From NCBI GenBank assembly GCA_030167865.1, contig JALAGF010001187.1, positions 62,001 through 92,611 of the forward strand: a stretch of DNA of 30,611 nt, in the 5' to 3' direction. Below the pieces are notes generated by a model. The model saw nothing but the letters and a program-made list of their open reading frames with translations, searched no databases and had not been told where the DNA came from. This document shows, one piece after another, positions 11,476-21,605 of this stretch. Positions within the stretch are counted from its first letter, which is position 1, and every line of letters starts with the position of its first letter. Both the position numbers and the translations under genes were made by a program. The stretch comes from Craspedostauros australis. Its lineage: Eukaryota.

Positions 11476-12933
11476 TGTGGAGATCGAGCTGGTTTTCTTT
11501 TGATGACTTGTGGGCTTCGACAAGCGTGCTGATCTTGGCGGAAAGTTGACGTGCAGGGGTTTGAATATATGCCGACACGCATGCTTGAATTGGCATCTCA
11601 TCACTCGTGCGTGCAATGCATCGCGTCGCACACTCACCATCTTCTGTGCGGTTGTTGCTCCTGCAGCCTACCGCTGCTGCTGCTGATGATGATGATGTGA
11701 AAAGATCTCACCAACTCCATCTCAGGTTTTTGCGTGAAGTTCCGAAGCATATCTTTTGCCATCATCCATGTACGTACAATGCCAAAGATATCGGCAGAAC
11801 ACTACCGGTGTGAGTAGAGTACGACCTAGGCCACAATGACTTCAACATGCTTCTCTCAATCAACACCAACCAATCGATTTGATCTTGACTGCTCGTCCCT
11901 CAACGCAACACCGCAGGTATGTCTTCCCACTCTCCTCCCATCATTCATTTGGTATAGCAAATGGTAACTATTCTATTATAGAATATGACAATGGAGTAGT
12001 TGCATTCCTGCAATCCAATCCATTCCAGTATCATCGTCATCCAGGCTTGCCTGTTGCCCCATACTTCGATGTATTCTATGAGGATACCTATGCGCAATGA
12101 ACTAAACTCGATCGTATGGTAGATTGTGTTGCTGGAGCTTGTGACCTGTTTGAAGACCATCAACCACGCAGCTCATTGCGCAAACCGGAAATGCGGCGAT
12201 CGAGTTTGTGAGCACAAAATTGGAGTTTCTTGGACAGTCGTCTGGTCGTCAGCGATGTGCATCGACCTATTGGACCAACAACCAAGGAGATTGGTTTGAC
12301 AACCCGGAGACACGCGAAGAAGGAAGAACTTTCCGATCAAGACATGAACCAACCAACCAACCGACGAAGGACAGACACATATCGCACCACGCACGCACTG
12401 AGAAGAACAACGATGCCAAAAAAACACCTGTTTTTCTGACAACAGGCGACACTGCGCACACACGAGGTACAAGCTGCGTGGACTCGGACGAGTGGTTCGA
12501 CGCACCTCATGGATCCATGAAGCACACGAAAAGCACTTCAACAACAACTCACTCCCCCACTCATTCACTCACCTTCGGATTTGAGATCAGACATCCAACC
12601 CAAGTGACAAGCAGCATTCCTGGTCATCCTTCGTTGTGCATTGGACAGAGGCAAAGATCAAGATCGAGACAAACAACGATGTGACGCAAGAGGGAGAGCG
12701 ACAAACAAGATCACAAGTCATTGCAGAGAGTTGCATTGCATAGCATTGCGTTGCAACATCCTCTCCAGAAGTAAACTGGCACCTGAAGCTCCTGGAGCTT
12801 CTCCAACAGCGTCAACGTCTCCAGAGTCAATTGGCTGCCATTGTACGAGTACTCGTATCAGCCCGAGCCGATCGTCAACCAGCACCTAACCCAACTTTCA
12901 CCAGTCTGTTGTTCTCAGTCATCCCGACGAGTG

Positions 12934-15900
12934 ATGGTCGCAATGGACAGCCATGTGCTCGCAGCGCACATCAACATGAACGTGAACGTGCCTCTCCACC
13001 AAGGCAACAGCAACGACAACGACAACGACAAGCCCAGTGCAAACCAAGCTCACAAGCGGATACGAAGACGGAGACGGCATGTGCTTTCGTCAAAGCCACA
13101 ACTTTCCCAATCGCTGTTGCAGCCCATCTCGCTCCTGTTGCTCATGGTGGCGTCACAGATCATCCCCACCTCTGCGTTGCAAGGTTGGCCAAGTAATCAT
13201 CGCACACAGTCGCCTCAGTTCGTCGATTTGGCTTCGGGCACATCGTCCATCATGACATCGATCAAGTGCTTCCGCCATCCATCACCATCAACACCGAGGG
13301 ATTCATCTCCGTTGATAGCATCGTTGCGGCATATCAATCCAAAGGCGCAGTCAACACTGCTCTTCTTCCGCTACTCGTCGGCATCATCCTCGAGATCATC
13401 AAGCGCCAAATTCACATCAACCAGTCTGCGATCGAGCAGCCACAACTCTGCAAGCCAGAGACGAATCACCCAATTGTCAGCACAGGAAAACAACCAGCAT
13501 GATTCATTTGTCGCCACCGCGAGCCATAGCAACGCTGGTGTCGGTTGTGAAGGAAGGAATGAGCGTGAAAATGAGCATAGCAAGGACAATAACAACGACA
13601 GCAACAGCAGCAGCAGCAGCAGTGACGGGCACAAATCAATACAGCCGCCTTCGTTTGATGCGACGGATAATGTCAGCGTCCTGCCAAGCCCAGATGAGGA
13701 AACGAAAATGGATGGAGAGCCTCATTCCGAAATTCAAAACGCATACTCTCATGACGCCGCGATGATTGAGGAATTGGACGAACTGGAAAACTACAACACG
13801 ATGACGACAGATACACTATCGTCATCACCCTCGTCGTCATCGTCGTCGTCCACTGCTGAGCACACCAATCAAGTACATTCCACGGATTACTGGACGAAGG
13901 TCTACCTTTTGGTGTCACACGCTGAAGATGCCAGAAAGGCCGAAGCCCTGCTGAGGGAGAAGGTCGAGGAGTTGTTGGCGCACAACATCACAACAGCCAC
14001 AGCCACAGCAGCAACCAGCGCGAACGCCATCGTCATCCAGAATGGCGACGGCAGCGATGTCAACCAACACCAAAAGAGTGCCGCCATGTCGAACCGCACA
14101 ATAATGCAACCGGTCAACCTCGATGTCTGCGAGGCAGTGCTCAAATCACTGATTCAAAAGAATTCGCCCGACCATGCAGAAGCCTTCCTCGTGCAGATGA
14201 TAGAATGGAACGACAAGTACGGCCTTGACATCCAACCAACAACACAAACCTTCTTTCATGTCATCGAGGCGTGGGAATTTTCCAAAGACCGTACCGGGGC
14301 CCACAGAGCTTTGGCGTTGCTCACCTACATGAGATCTTGCCGTGAATCGGCGTGGAACGCAAGGCTCGAGGCAACGGAAAATCAACCATCCGAAAAGCTT
14401 CACAACGACGCTCGTGCCGACCACACAGAGGGCGCCACCATGCACCAGCATTCGCGGTTTCCATTCGCGCCCGACCTGGCCTGCTTCAAGGCGGTCATGT
14501 ACGCCTTCACAACGCGCAACATGCTGGAGGAAGCCGATGCCGTGCATATGGAGCTCTGCAACGATTACTTCAAGTATGGCAAGGACCCGCACCTCGAGCC
14601 TGACAAGTCATCCTGGGGAGTCCTGCTGCAGGCATGGGCCCATTCGGCGCACTTGAATGATGCACCACTTCGAGCCGAGCAACTCGTTTCGCGGATGTGC
14701 GACATGCACCACAAGAACCCCTCCGTGGATTGCAAACCAGACATCTTCACCTACAACGCCGTTCTCAACGCATGGGCCAAATCGACGAATGCACTCGCGC
14801 CGGACCGTGTGCACTCCATACTGAGTCATTTGAAACAGCGGGCAGACGAGCACCCTGGCGAGGAGTACCCCGACATGTACACGTACAACCACGTTCTGGG
14901 CACATTCGCGAGGGCAGGTCTTGTGAAGCGATCGGAGCAGCTAATTGAAGAGATGCAGGAACAGTACGACAAGGGAGTTCTCAGCTCTGGACCGAATATG
15001 CGCTGTTACAACACCCTCCTCAAGGCCGTCTCACGATCGTGCGGTGGCAATATCGTCAGACGTGCAGAGGCGATCCTCAATAGGGCACGCGAGGCGGGTC
15101 TGCAACCGGATGTCATCATGTACACCACCATCGTTGACTGCTACATCCGGTCCAAGCACCCCCGGTCGGCAGATCGGGCTGTGTACTACCTCGACCAGAT
15201 GAAGGAGGAAGGTGTCCGGCCTGACTATGTGACGTACTGCATCGTCCTCGAGGCGATGGCCAAGGACGGGCCTGCTGAGCGCGTCGTGAACATGTTGGAG
15301 TATCTGTACATGCAGTACCAGCAGGGCAACAAGGAGGTGGAAGTGAATTCTCGCTTCTTCCGCATCGTGTTGTACGCATGGAGCAAATCGGAAATCCGTA
15401 ACGCCGCCAATGAGGCCGTTGGGGTTTTGAGATGGATGACCCGCCTCGCCGAAGAGGAGGGCATGGACACGATCCCCACGACCGTCTCGTACAATTGTGC
15501 CATCACCTGCTGGACCAAATCCAAGCAGAAGGATGCGGCGGCACAGGCCGAGGCCATTTACGAGGAGATGGTGAAGCAGTACGAAGCTGGGCACGAGGAG
15601 TCACGTCCAGACATCATCACCTACACGTTGCTGATGAGGGTGCACCGCGATCCTCGCAAGGCGGAATCGGCCTGGCAACGCATGTGGGACGATTACTGTT
15701 CTGGCAACCAAAGCGCCGCGCCCGACCGACTCACATTCATCGGATTGATGCAAACGTGGTTGGGTTCATCTCACGAGAACGCAATCGACAAGGCTGATAG
15801 CATCCTGCAGCGCATGCATGCCTGTCACGAAAGCCACGGAGTGGGCACAAGGCCTGATCGGGGAGCGTACAACGTGGTGATTGCGGGCTGGGCCAAGTCA

Positions 15901-16725
15901 TCGCGTCCTGATGCCGCGCACAGAGCGGAGGCTCTGATGCTGGACATGCGCGACCGATACGAGCAAGGTGATAGGCACGCGCGACCGGATTACATCACGT
16001 ACAGGCATGTACTCGCCGCCATGGCCAACGCCAACGATGCTGCAATGGCTGATAGATTCGTTCGTGACATGTACCACCGTTTCGATGCCGGCGACCGATA
16101 CGCCGTGCCCACCTTCCAGCACTGCCAGCAGGTGCTGGAGCTGTGGTCCATGAACCGCGAACCAGAATCCTACCGGCATGCGTACAGCATGCTCATGTTC
16201 ATGAAGCAAGTGTACAGCGGCAAGCACAAGCTGATCGTTGCCCCCAACAACAAGAGCTACAACATCATCCTGAGGGTCCTGCGCAACGTGAACCCCTCCA
16301 ACCCGAAGGCCATCAAGGTCGCGGAGCTGCTGTTCGAGGAGATGAAGGAGGGCGCGCGTCACAACAACGCGCATGTGACGCCCACCTTCCGGACGTATCA
16401 ATTCATGATCCAGATGTACGCCCACCGCCCTTCCGCCTACAGCGTGATGCGCGCCGAGGATCTGCTGTACGAGTTGCTCGGTGGCAGCGTTCGGTCGAGA
16501 TCGGGCAAGCAAGAGAATCCCGACTCCGGCAGCTACAACGCCTTGATCCGGATGATGCTGCGCGTCAAGTCTTTGCCACATCGGGAGGATCGGTTGGCCC
16601 GCGTACTCCAAGCGATGAAGAAGCAGCACGTTAGGCTGGAGAAGACCTCGGAACGAGCCATTCAGAAAATCATGCGACAGTCGAACTGGGCACCACCGAA
16701 ACGGGCGCGACGCAGCGAACACTAA
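12934..16725 (+). CDS. pentatricopeptide repeat (PPR) protein, ~1260 aa, probably organelle-targeted
   Basis: Intronless ORF; first in-frame ATG at 12934. Many PPR motifs, e.g. PDIFTYNAVLNAWAKS, PDMYTYNHVLGTFARAG, PNMRCYNTLLKAVSRS, PDVIMYTTIVDCYIRS, PTTVSYNCAITCWTKS, PDRGAYNVVIAGWAKS. The N-terminal hydrophobic stretch is followed by a Ser/Arg-rich segment. Confidence 0.95.
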   Translation: MVAMDSHVLAAHINMNVNVPLHQGNSNDNDNDKPSANQAHKRIRRRRRHVLSSKPQLSQSLLQPISLLLLMVASQIIPTSALQGWPSNHRTQSPQFVDLASGTSSIMTSIKCFRHPSPSTPRDSSPLIASLRHINPKAQSTLLFFRYSSASSSRSSSAKFTSTSLRSSSHNSASQRRITQLSAQENNQHDSFVATASHSNAGVGCEGRNERENEHSKDNNNDSNSSSSSSDGHKSIQPPSFDATDNVSVLPSPDEETKMDGEPHSEIQNAYSHDAAMIEELDELENYNTMTTDTLSSSPSSSSSSSTAEHTNQVHSTDYWTKVYLLVSHAEDARKAEALLREKVEELLAHNITTATATAATSANAIVIQNGDGSDVNQHQKSAAMSNRTIMQPVNLDVCEAVLKSLIQKNSPDHAEAFLVQMIEWNDKYGLDIQPTTQTFFHVIEAWEFSKDRTGAHRALALLTYMRSCRESAWNARLEATENQPSEKLHNDARADHTEGATMHQHSRFPFAPDLACFKAVMYAFTTRNMLEEADAVHMELCNDYFKYGKDPHLEPDKSSWGVLLQAWAHSAHLNDAPLRAEQLVSRMCDMHHKNPSVDCKPDIFTYNAVLNAWAKSTNALAPDRVHSILSHLKQRADEHPGEEYPDMYTYNHVLGTFARAGLVKRSEQLIEEMQEQYDKGVLSSGPNMRCYNTLLKAVSRSCGGNIVRRAEAILNRAREAGLQPDVIMYTTIVDCYIRSKHPRSADRAVYYLDQMKEEGVRPDYVTYCIVLEAMAKDGPAERVVNMLEYLYMQYQQGNKEVEVNSRFFRIVLYAWSKSEIRNAANEAVGVLRWMTRLAEEEGMDTIPTTVSYNCAITCWTKSKQKDAAAQAEAIYEEMVKQYEAGHEESRPDIITYTLLMRVHRDPRKAESAWQRMWDDYCSGNQSAAPDRLTFIGLMQTWLGSSHENAIDKADSILQRMHACHESHGVGTRPDRGAYNVVIAGWAKSSRPDAAHRAEALMLDMRDRYEQGDRHARPDYITYRHVLAAMANANDAAMADRFVRDMYHRFDAGDRYAVPTFQHCQQVLELWSMNREPESYRHAYSMLMFMKQVYSGKHKLIVAPNNKSYNIILRVLRNVNPSNPKAIKVAELLFEEMKEGARHNNAHVTPTFRTYQFMIQMYAHRPSAYSVMRAEDLLYELLGGSVRSRSGKQENPDSGSYNALIRMMLRVKSLPHREDRLARVLQAMKKQHVRLEKTSERAIQKIMRQSNWAPPKRARRSEH

Positions 16726-16771
16726 TTCGCTTTCCCGGCACAACTGGAAGTACTCGTACGTATTCTATGTA

Positions 16772-16802
16772 TGGTGTGGTGTGGTATGGTGTGGTGTGGT
16801 GT
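16772..16802. repeat. pentanucleotide microsatellite (TGGTG/TGGTA)n
   Basis: tggtgtggtgtggtatggtgtggtgtggtgt, about 50 bp downstream of the PPR stop. Confidence 0.85.
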
Positions 16803-17140
16803 GAGCATGGGGATGGGCTGATGCACGCGCATCTGCATCTACGCGTTTGCGGGGGAGAATTGATTGCGGGAAATAGTATTGACGAGATCGGTTCAGGCTC
16901 CACTACGCGTATTATTCTTGCTTTGAATGGTTTCATTCGAAGCTTCACCGCATACTACGACTATGCCTCAAAAGAGCGAAGCTCCCGTGAGCAACAGTGA
17001 ACAAATACGACCTATTATAGGAGAGGAAGGCAGCACGATAACACTAGAGAGCAGATTGGAAAGCTACCAATGCAAGTAGTACGAGTACAATGGACTAGGA
17101 GTGCTACAGCACGAGGAAGTGATCCACCATACACGTATTT

Positions 17141-17176
17141 TACTCTACTTTACTCTACTCTACTCTACTCTACTCT
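17141..17176. repeat. pentanucleotide microsatellite (TACTC)n
   Basis: tactctactttactctactctactctactctactct. Confidence 0.9.
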
Positions 17177-17402
17177 CCCCTGCTCTGCTTTGCTTGCATG
17201 CACCATCCACGTCGATGAGGCCTTGACGTTGCAAACTGGGAAACTGTGTTGGTCTTCTGTCCGATCGCCATCGTCGTCATCGTCGTCATCGTTGACATCT
17301 ATGACAAGCTAAAGTCTATGTTGAGCATCCACTCTGACACTTCCACCGCCGTTGCTTGCGAAGGCCCACAAAATTCCATCCGACAACAGACTAAGATCCA
17401 CC

Positions 17403-18137
17403 ATGGTCCGAACGCGTTCATCAAAGCGCAAGGCAGCGCCGCTCAATGATGCAACGGGCACAGCAGGCTGCACTGAGGCACGGCCTTGCGCTTCTTCACC
17501 TACACCTACACCCCCACCAATGGCAGCAGCCGCAGCAGCAGATGCTCCGCCCACCACCGATCTCAGCGGCATCTTCCCGAGCAAGAAGATCAAGAACCAA
17601 CTGTGCCGAGAGGAAAAGAAGCTGCCGCGGCTGCGAACGGACGCGCTGGAGCTCATCACGACGGCATCCGCCATGTTCGTTCAGAAGATCGTCGCTGCTT
17701 CGAGCACCCCGTTGGACGATGCAGGACCGCGGACGGTCACGTTGGAACGCATACAGCAGACGGTGCAGACGGATGCGTTCTTGGCCAAGTTCTTTCAGCA
17801 GCGGCTCAAGGATGTGGCTCGCACGAGGGACACAGGCAAGCTGTACCGACCGCCCAAGCCGAAGACGAAGGCTGCTGCGAAAGGTGGGGGTGGCACTGTC
17901 AATTCAAACGATTCAAACAATTCAGACAGAAGCACATTGTCTCAGCAACCACACAAAGGCAAGCAGAAGAGAGAGCTGACTGGAATGCAAAACCAGCTAA
18001 AGAGCGCGGTGGGGGAAACCGCGGCCAACGACTTGTTGGCGTCAAACGGCAACAGCGATGGCAACGCGGAGGGTACGCACTGGAATCAAGATGAGATCGT
18101 GGAGGATGAAGACGACTATGATAGCGATTCCGATTGA
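17403..18137 (+). CDS. histone-fold protein of H2A-like/NF-YC-NC2alpha-CHRAC/POLE4 class (244 aa)
   Basis: ATG at 17403 (CACCATGG context). Histone-fold pattern IFPSKKIKNQLCREEKKLPRLRTDALELITTASAMFVQKIV...RTVTLERIQQTVQTDAFLAKFF (~17570-17800). Basic N-terminus RTRSSKRK (NLS-like) and acidic tail EIVEDEDDYDSDSD. Subfamily not resolvable by eye. Confidence 0.75.
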   Translation: MVRTRSSKRKAAPLNDATGTAGCTEARPCASSPTPTPPPMAAAAAADAPPTTDLSGIFPSKKIKNQLCREEKKLPRLRTDALELITTASAMFVQKIVAASSTPLDDAGPRTVTLERIQQTVQTDAFLAKFFQQRLKDVARTRDTGKLYRPPKPKTKAAAKGGGGTVNSNDSNNSDRSTLSQQPHKGKQKRELTGMQNQLKSAVGETAANDLLASNGNSDGNAEGTHWNQDEIVEDEDDYDSDSD

Positions 18138-18564
18138 ACTGGACGTTAACTCTTGTGCCTCTGTATGTGATGTGCTGGTGTATGCGTAGTAGTACCATAA
18201 TCGGAGCATAGAGTGTTGTATCCCAACAGCAGTTCACCAAGCCCACAACCTTGTGGGAGCACACCAGCGGACGCGTATCACATTTTCAATTCTTTTCCAC
18301 ATTTGATAACATTCGTTACTTGGTGCTCTGCAAGATGACATGCTGCGCCAAAGATACGAGCTGCGGGCTATTCTCGCAAGCATCTGCCATTTCTCGCATC
18401 CAATCAGAGAGCCGGGCTTGTGCTTGTGCTTGTGCATGGTCTTCTTGCATGTTCGTCGAGTCGTCGTGTCACCATGCTCAGTTTCATGCTCACTTCCATG
18501 ATCCAGCTCAACTGTTTGGCTTCCTTGTGCAACTTTCACCACCGCTACTGTTGCCGCTGGTGTG

Positions 18565-20892
18565 CTATTGGAAGTCGTTTGGATAAATCTCCCTCCAGGT
18601 ATCGCGCATCTTCTGAGACAGCTCCGGGTGGTTGCTTTGGAACTCATTTGGACAGTCCGCGAACAGGACGATGATGGCGTTGACCCCGGATGCAAAGGTG
18701 CTGTTGAGGATGGCGGAGATGACGAAACCCGCGAGGAAACCGATGAAGAAGGCGAGCAGCGTCGTGTTGTCTCCCGCATCCTTCAGGATGTCTGAGATCT
18801 CGTCGATCAGGATCGCCACACCGCCCATGATGAGACCGACGACAAGGCTGCCAAGGAAGAGGGCGTTCTCCACCAAATCGTCTGCGATGATCGCCTCCCA
18901 ACCTCTGTTCTTGAACAGCTCGAAGACGGACTTGCCTGCCTTGATGTATGGGAATCCATAAATGCCTGTGTGATACATACATGCAAGTTGTGTGGTTGGA
19001 CGAAGACGGAAGGTGCCGTGATGAGTTAGTACGAGATCGTGATACACAGCAAGTGGGTCGCAACAGAGTGGCAAGACAAAGACTCGTTCACCAATCACAT
19101 TACAGCAATCACCGAACAGTAATCACCAAACAACAACCGCCAATGACACATCGCAGCATTGGCAGATAGCAGGAAGCAACGACAGGAGACTTACCGACGT
19201 AAATGAATGCCCACTTGTTGAAGTACTGTAGGATGGCCTCGAGACAACCGAGGATGCATTCGGCGATGCAGGCACCGATGCCACCATTCTCTCTTGCGCT
19301 CCTCGCCAAGGTCTTGAGGGTCTGGAGGATGGCGACGAGAAGGGAACCGAAGCAGATGCTGCCGAAGGAGGTCGTCATTGTCCGGATGAAGGAGTTGGTG
19401 ACAGCGGAGCCGCAGCAGCCGTTCTCCTCTGGAGAAATCCACCATGTCGCAGTCACGCCCGCGACTTGGACGTGGATAGAGTTCTGCAGGAGCATTGTTC
19501 GTAGTTGCATTCAATTGGGTACCAATGCGATTAGATGACGGCAATGGATGAGATCGAAGGTACATTGTGTGAAGGCACAGTAGAAAGCACGAAAGAAGTG
19601 GGGGACGGCGCCGTGGGCATGTGAGCGAGCGGATGCAATGGTGGATGTGATATGTCTGCCAATGACGGCGCAGATACGATTCCTGATCCAGATGAACCCT
19701 GCAATCGCGAGGCGCAAGCGGGTCGATGGAACTGTGCAAACTGTCTCACCTTCAAGATCTCCTGACCGAAGAAGAAGGAAAGCAGCAGCATAATGATGGC
19801 GAATGGGTTCGGCTCCTCGTCGCAATTGCCAAATTCATCGCATTCGACGTTGTTCTCGTAGGTTCCGATGAAGGCGACCACCCAAATGAAGGCCCACACA
19901 AACGCCATGATGGCAAAGCCGTACGCGAAGAAGATGATGCCAAAATTGGCGCGGATGGCGGTGATGGACGTGACGAGGTTGACTGTTGCAAACGGGATGC
20001 GGGCCCACACGGCTCGTGCGTAACAGAGGCTGTTTGATTTGCAGCCGTGTGCGTGCGGGGTGCGGTTGTTGAGAAGTCGTGCATGCATGCATTGCATGCA
20101 TTGGAGGGTGTGCATGGGTGGCCAGAAGGTCCATGAAGTGGAGTTGCGCAACAGATCATCGCGAATGTCGTATATATCATATAATATTGTATAATGTGAT
20201 ATCGTAGCATAGTTTCCAACCCAGTTGATTTCAGTTGAGATGTGTTGACGATGAAGAGGAAGTAGCGAATGTGTGAGTTGCAGTGTGCGATCAAAGAACA
20301 TGGAGTAGAGCAAATGAAGGGCCGAGCATCTCCCCAGACTCAATCCAGACAACACACTGCACAGCATGGTGCACATGACACGAGGATGTCGTGCACAATG
20401 CTCATATGTATAATATTCTACCAAAGCACGGTGCACTCGCACAAGCTGAACTTACACAAGCGCAAGATAGATCAACGAAAAGATGACCCCGAAGTAGTTC
20501 TGGAGGATGACGTTGATGACCACCATGATGGCGCTCATGACGACAGAAAAGATGAGGGCCACCTTGATGATGAGGGTCGGGAAGGACATCATGAAGAGCA
20601 TGCCGAGCAGGCTGAGCACGCCGGACAGAGCGCTGGTGGCAATGAAGGCGTAGATGTAGCCATCGTACTCGCGCACGTTGCCGCTGTCCTCGTTGCTGGT
20701 GAAGACCTTGTCGCTGAAGGCTCCGGCCACCACAGCGATGGCGATGAGGTTGATGTAGCCGAGAGCGGCGAAGATGGGATCGTTGCAGCTGGTCTTGCTG
20801 CCATTCTCCTCTCCGCCAAGGTGGTTGGGCGACTGGTTGGCATTGCCAGCCTCAACGGCCGTTCCTTGGACGACGACGGGGGTGTCTGCCAT
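18565..20892 (-). CDS. choline transporter-like (CTL/SLC44/Pns1 family) membrane protein; 4 exons (20892..20456, 20029..19750, 19483..19195, 18965..18565), 468 aa
   Basis: CTL motifs CNDPIFAAL, WARIPFA, HVQVAGVTATWW, TTSFGSICFGSLLVAILQ, YFNKWAFIYVGIYG and ELFKNRGWEAIIADDLV. Three GT-AG introns (20455..20030, 19749..19484, 19194..18966) have consistent phases (2, 0, 1) and give one continuous 1407-nt ORF. Confidence 0.93.
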
Positions 20893-20975
20893 GATTCGCT
20901 TCCTCTTCTTCTCTATTATGATGTATGTGTGCGATATGTGATGCCAGTGAGGTTGCTTATGGTTGTCGCTGCCAC

Positions 20976-21026
20976 GATGCAATGTGGTGCAATGTGATGT
21001 GATGCAATGTGATGCAATGTGATGTG
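20976..21026. repeat. imperfect (GATGCAATGT/GATGT)n repeat upstream of CTL gene
   Basis: gatgcaatgtggtgcaatgtgatgtgatgcaatgtgatgcaatgtgatgt. Confidence 0.75.
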
Positions 21027-21605
21027 GTGACACCCTTCCGTGTTTCGGTGGCGCTTCCCACCTGCAAAGATCTCTCCATCTGCCTCCAACAAAAAAAGCG
21101 CTCCCAAATCTTCGTTATGCTTCGTTCATGTGCGTGTTTTCCCCATAGTCGCACCCTGGTTCGTGTTCGGGCGACCTGTCGTTGTTGCACACAACACGTG
21201 CTCATTGGGTCGTGGAACCACACGATGCAAAGTTCGAAGTTGATTTCGCGCGCCACTTGAGTCGTGAGGATCTTGCACGAGAATGTGCCTGATCAAGTAC
21301 CCCTTCCGCCTCCAACTTCGTTGGGCTGGGTACTTGCGCGAATTCTCCCATGGATGCTCTGCGCCCACAATCCTTCCCATGTGTCCAGCTACCGCAGCTC
21401 ATAGTATCATGGGTAGTACAATGTTCTAGCGTTATCTACAGGCACTCGCGGTACCATAGCGCATAGCGAGTCCAGATACGAATGAGGAGAGGAATTCGGC
21501 AGAAGACGAGGGCCCTCAGTCCCTGCGTGGCACCGCCACACAGCAACAGGAGAGATGAACCCAGGCCAACGCATTGCAACCCAATGCAACGCATTGCGCC
21601 GCCCG

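Noticed and set aside
15898-16743. 281-aa minus-strand ORF (and similar ORFs at 20269..20997, 26711..27394, 6328..6870)
   Set aside because: Antisense shadows of GC3-rich real genes; no independent motifs.
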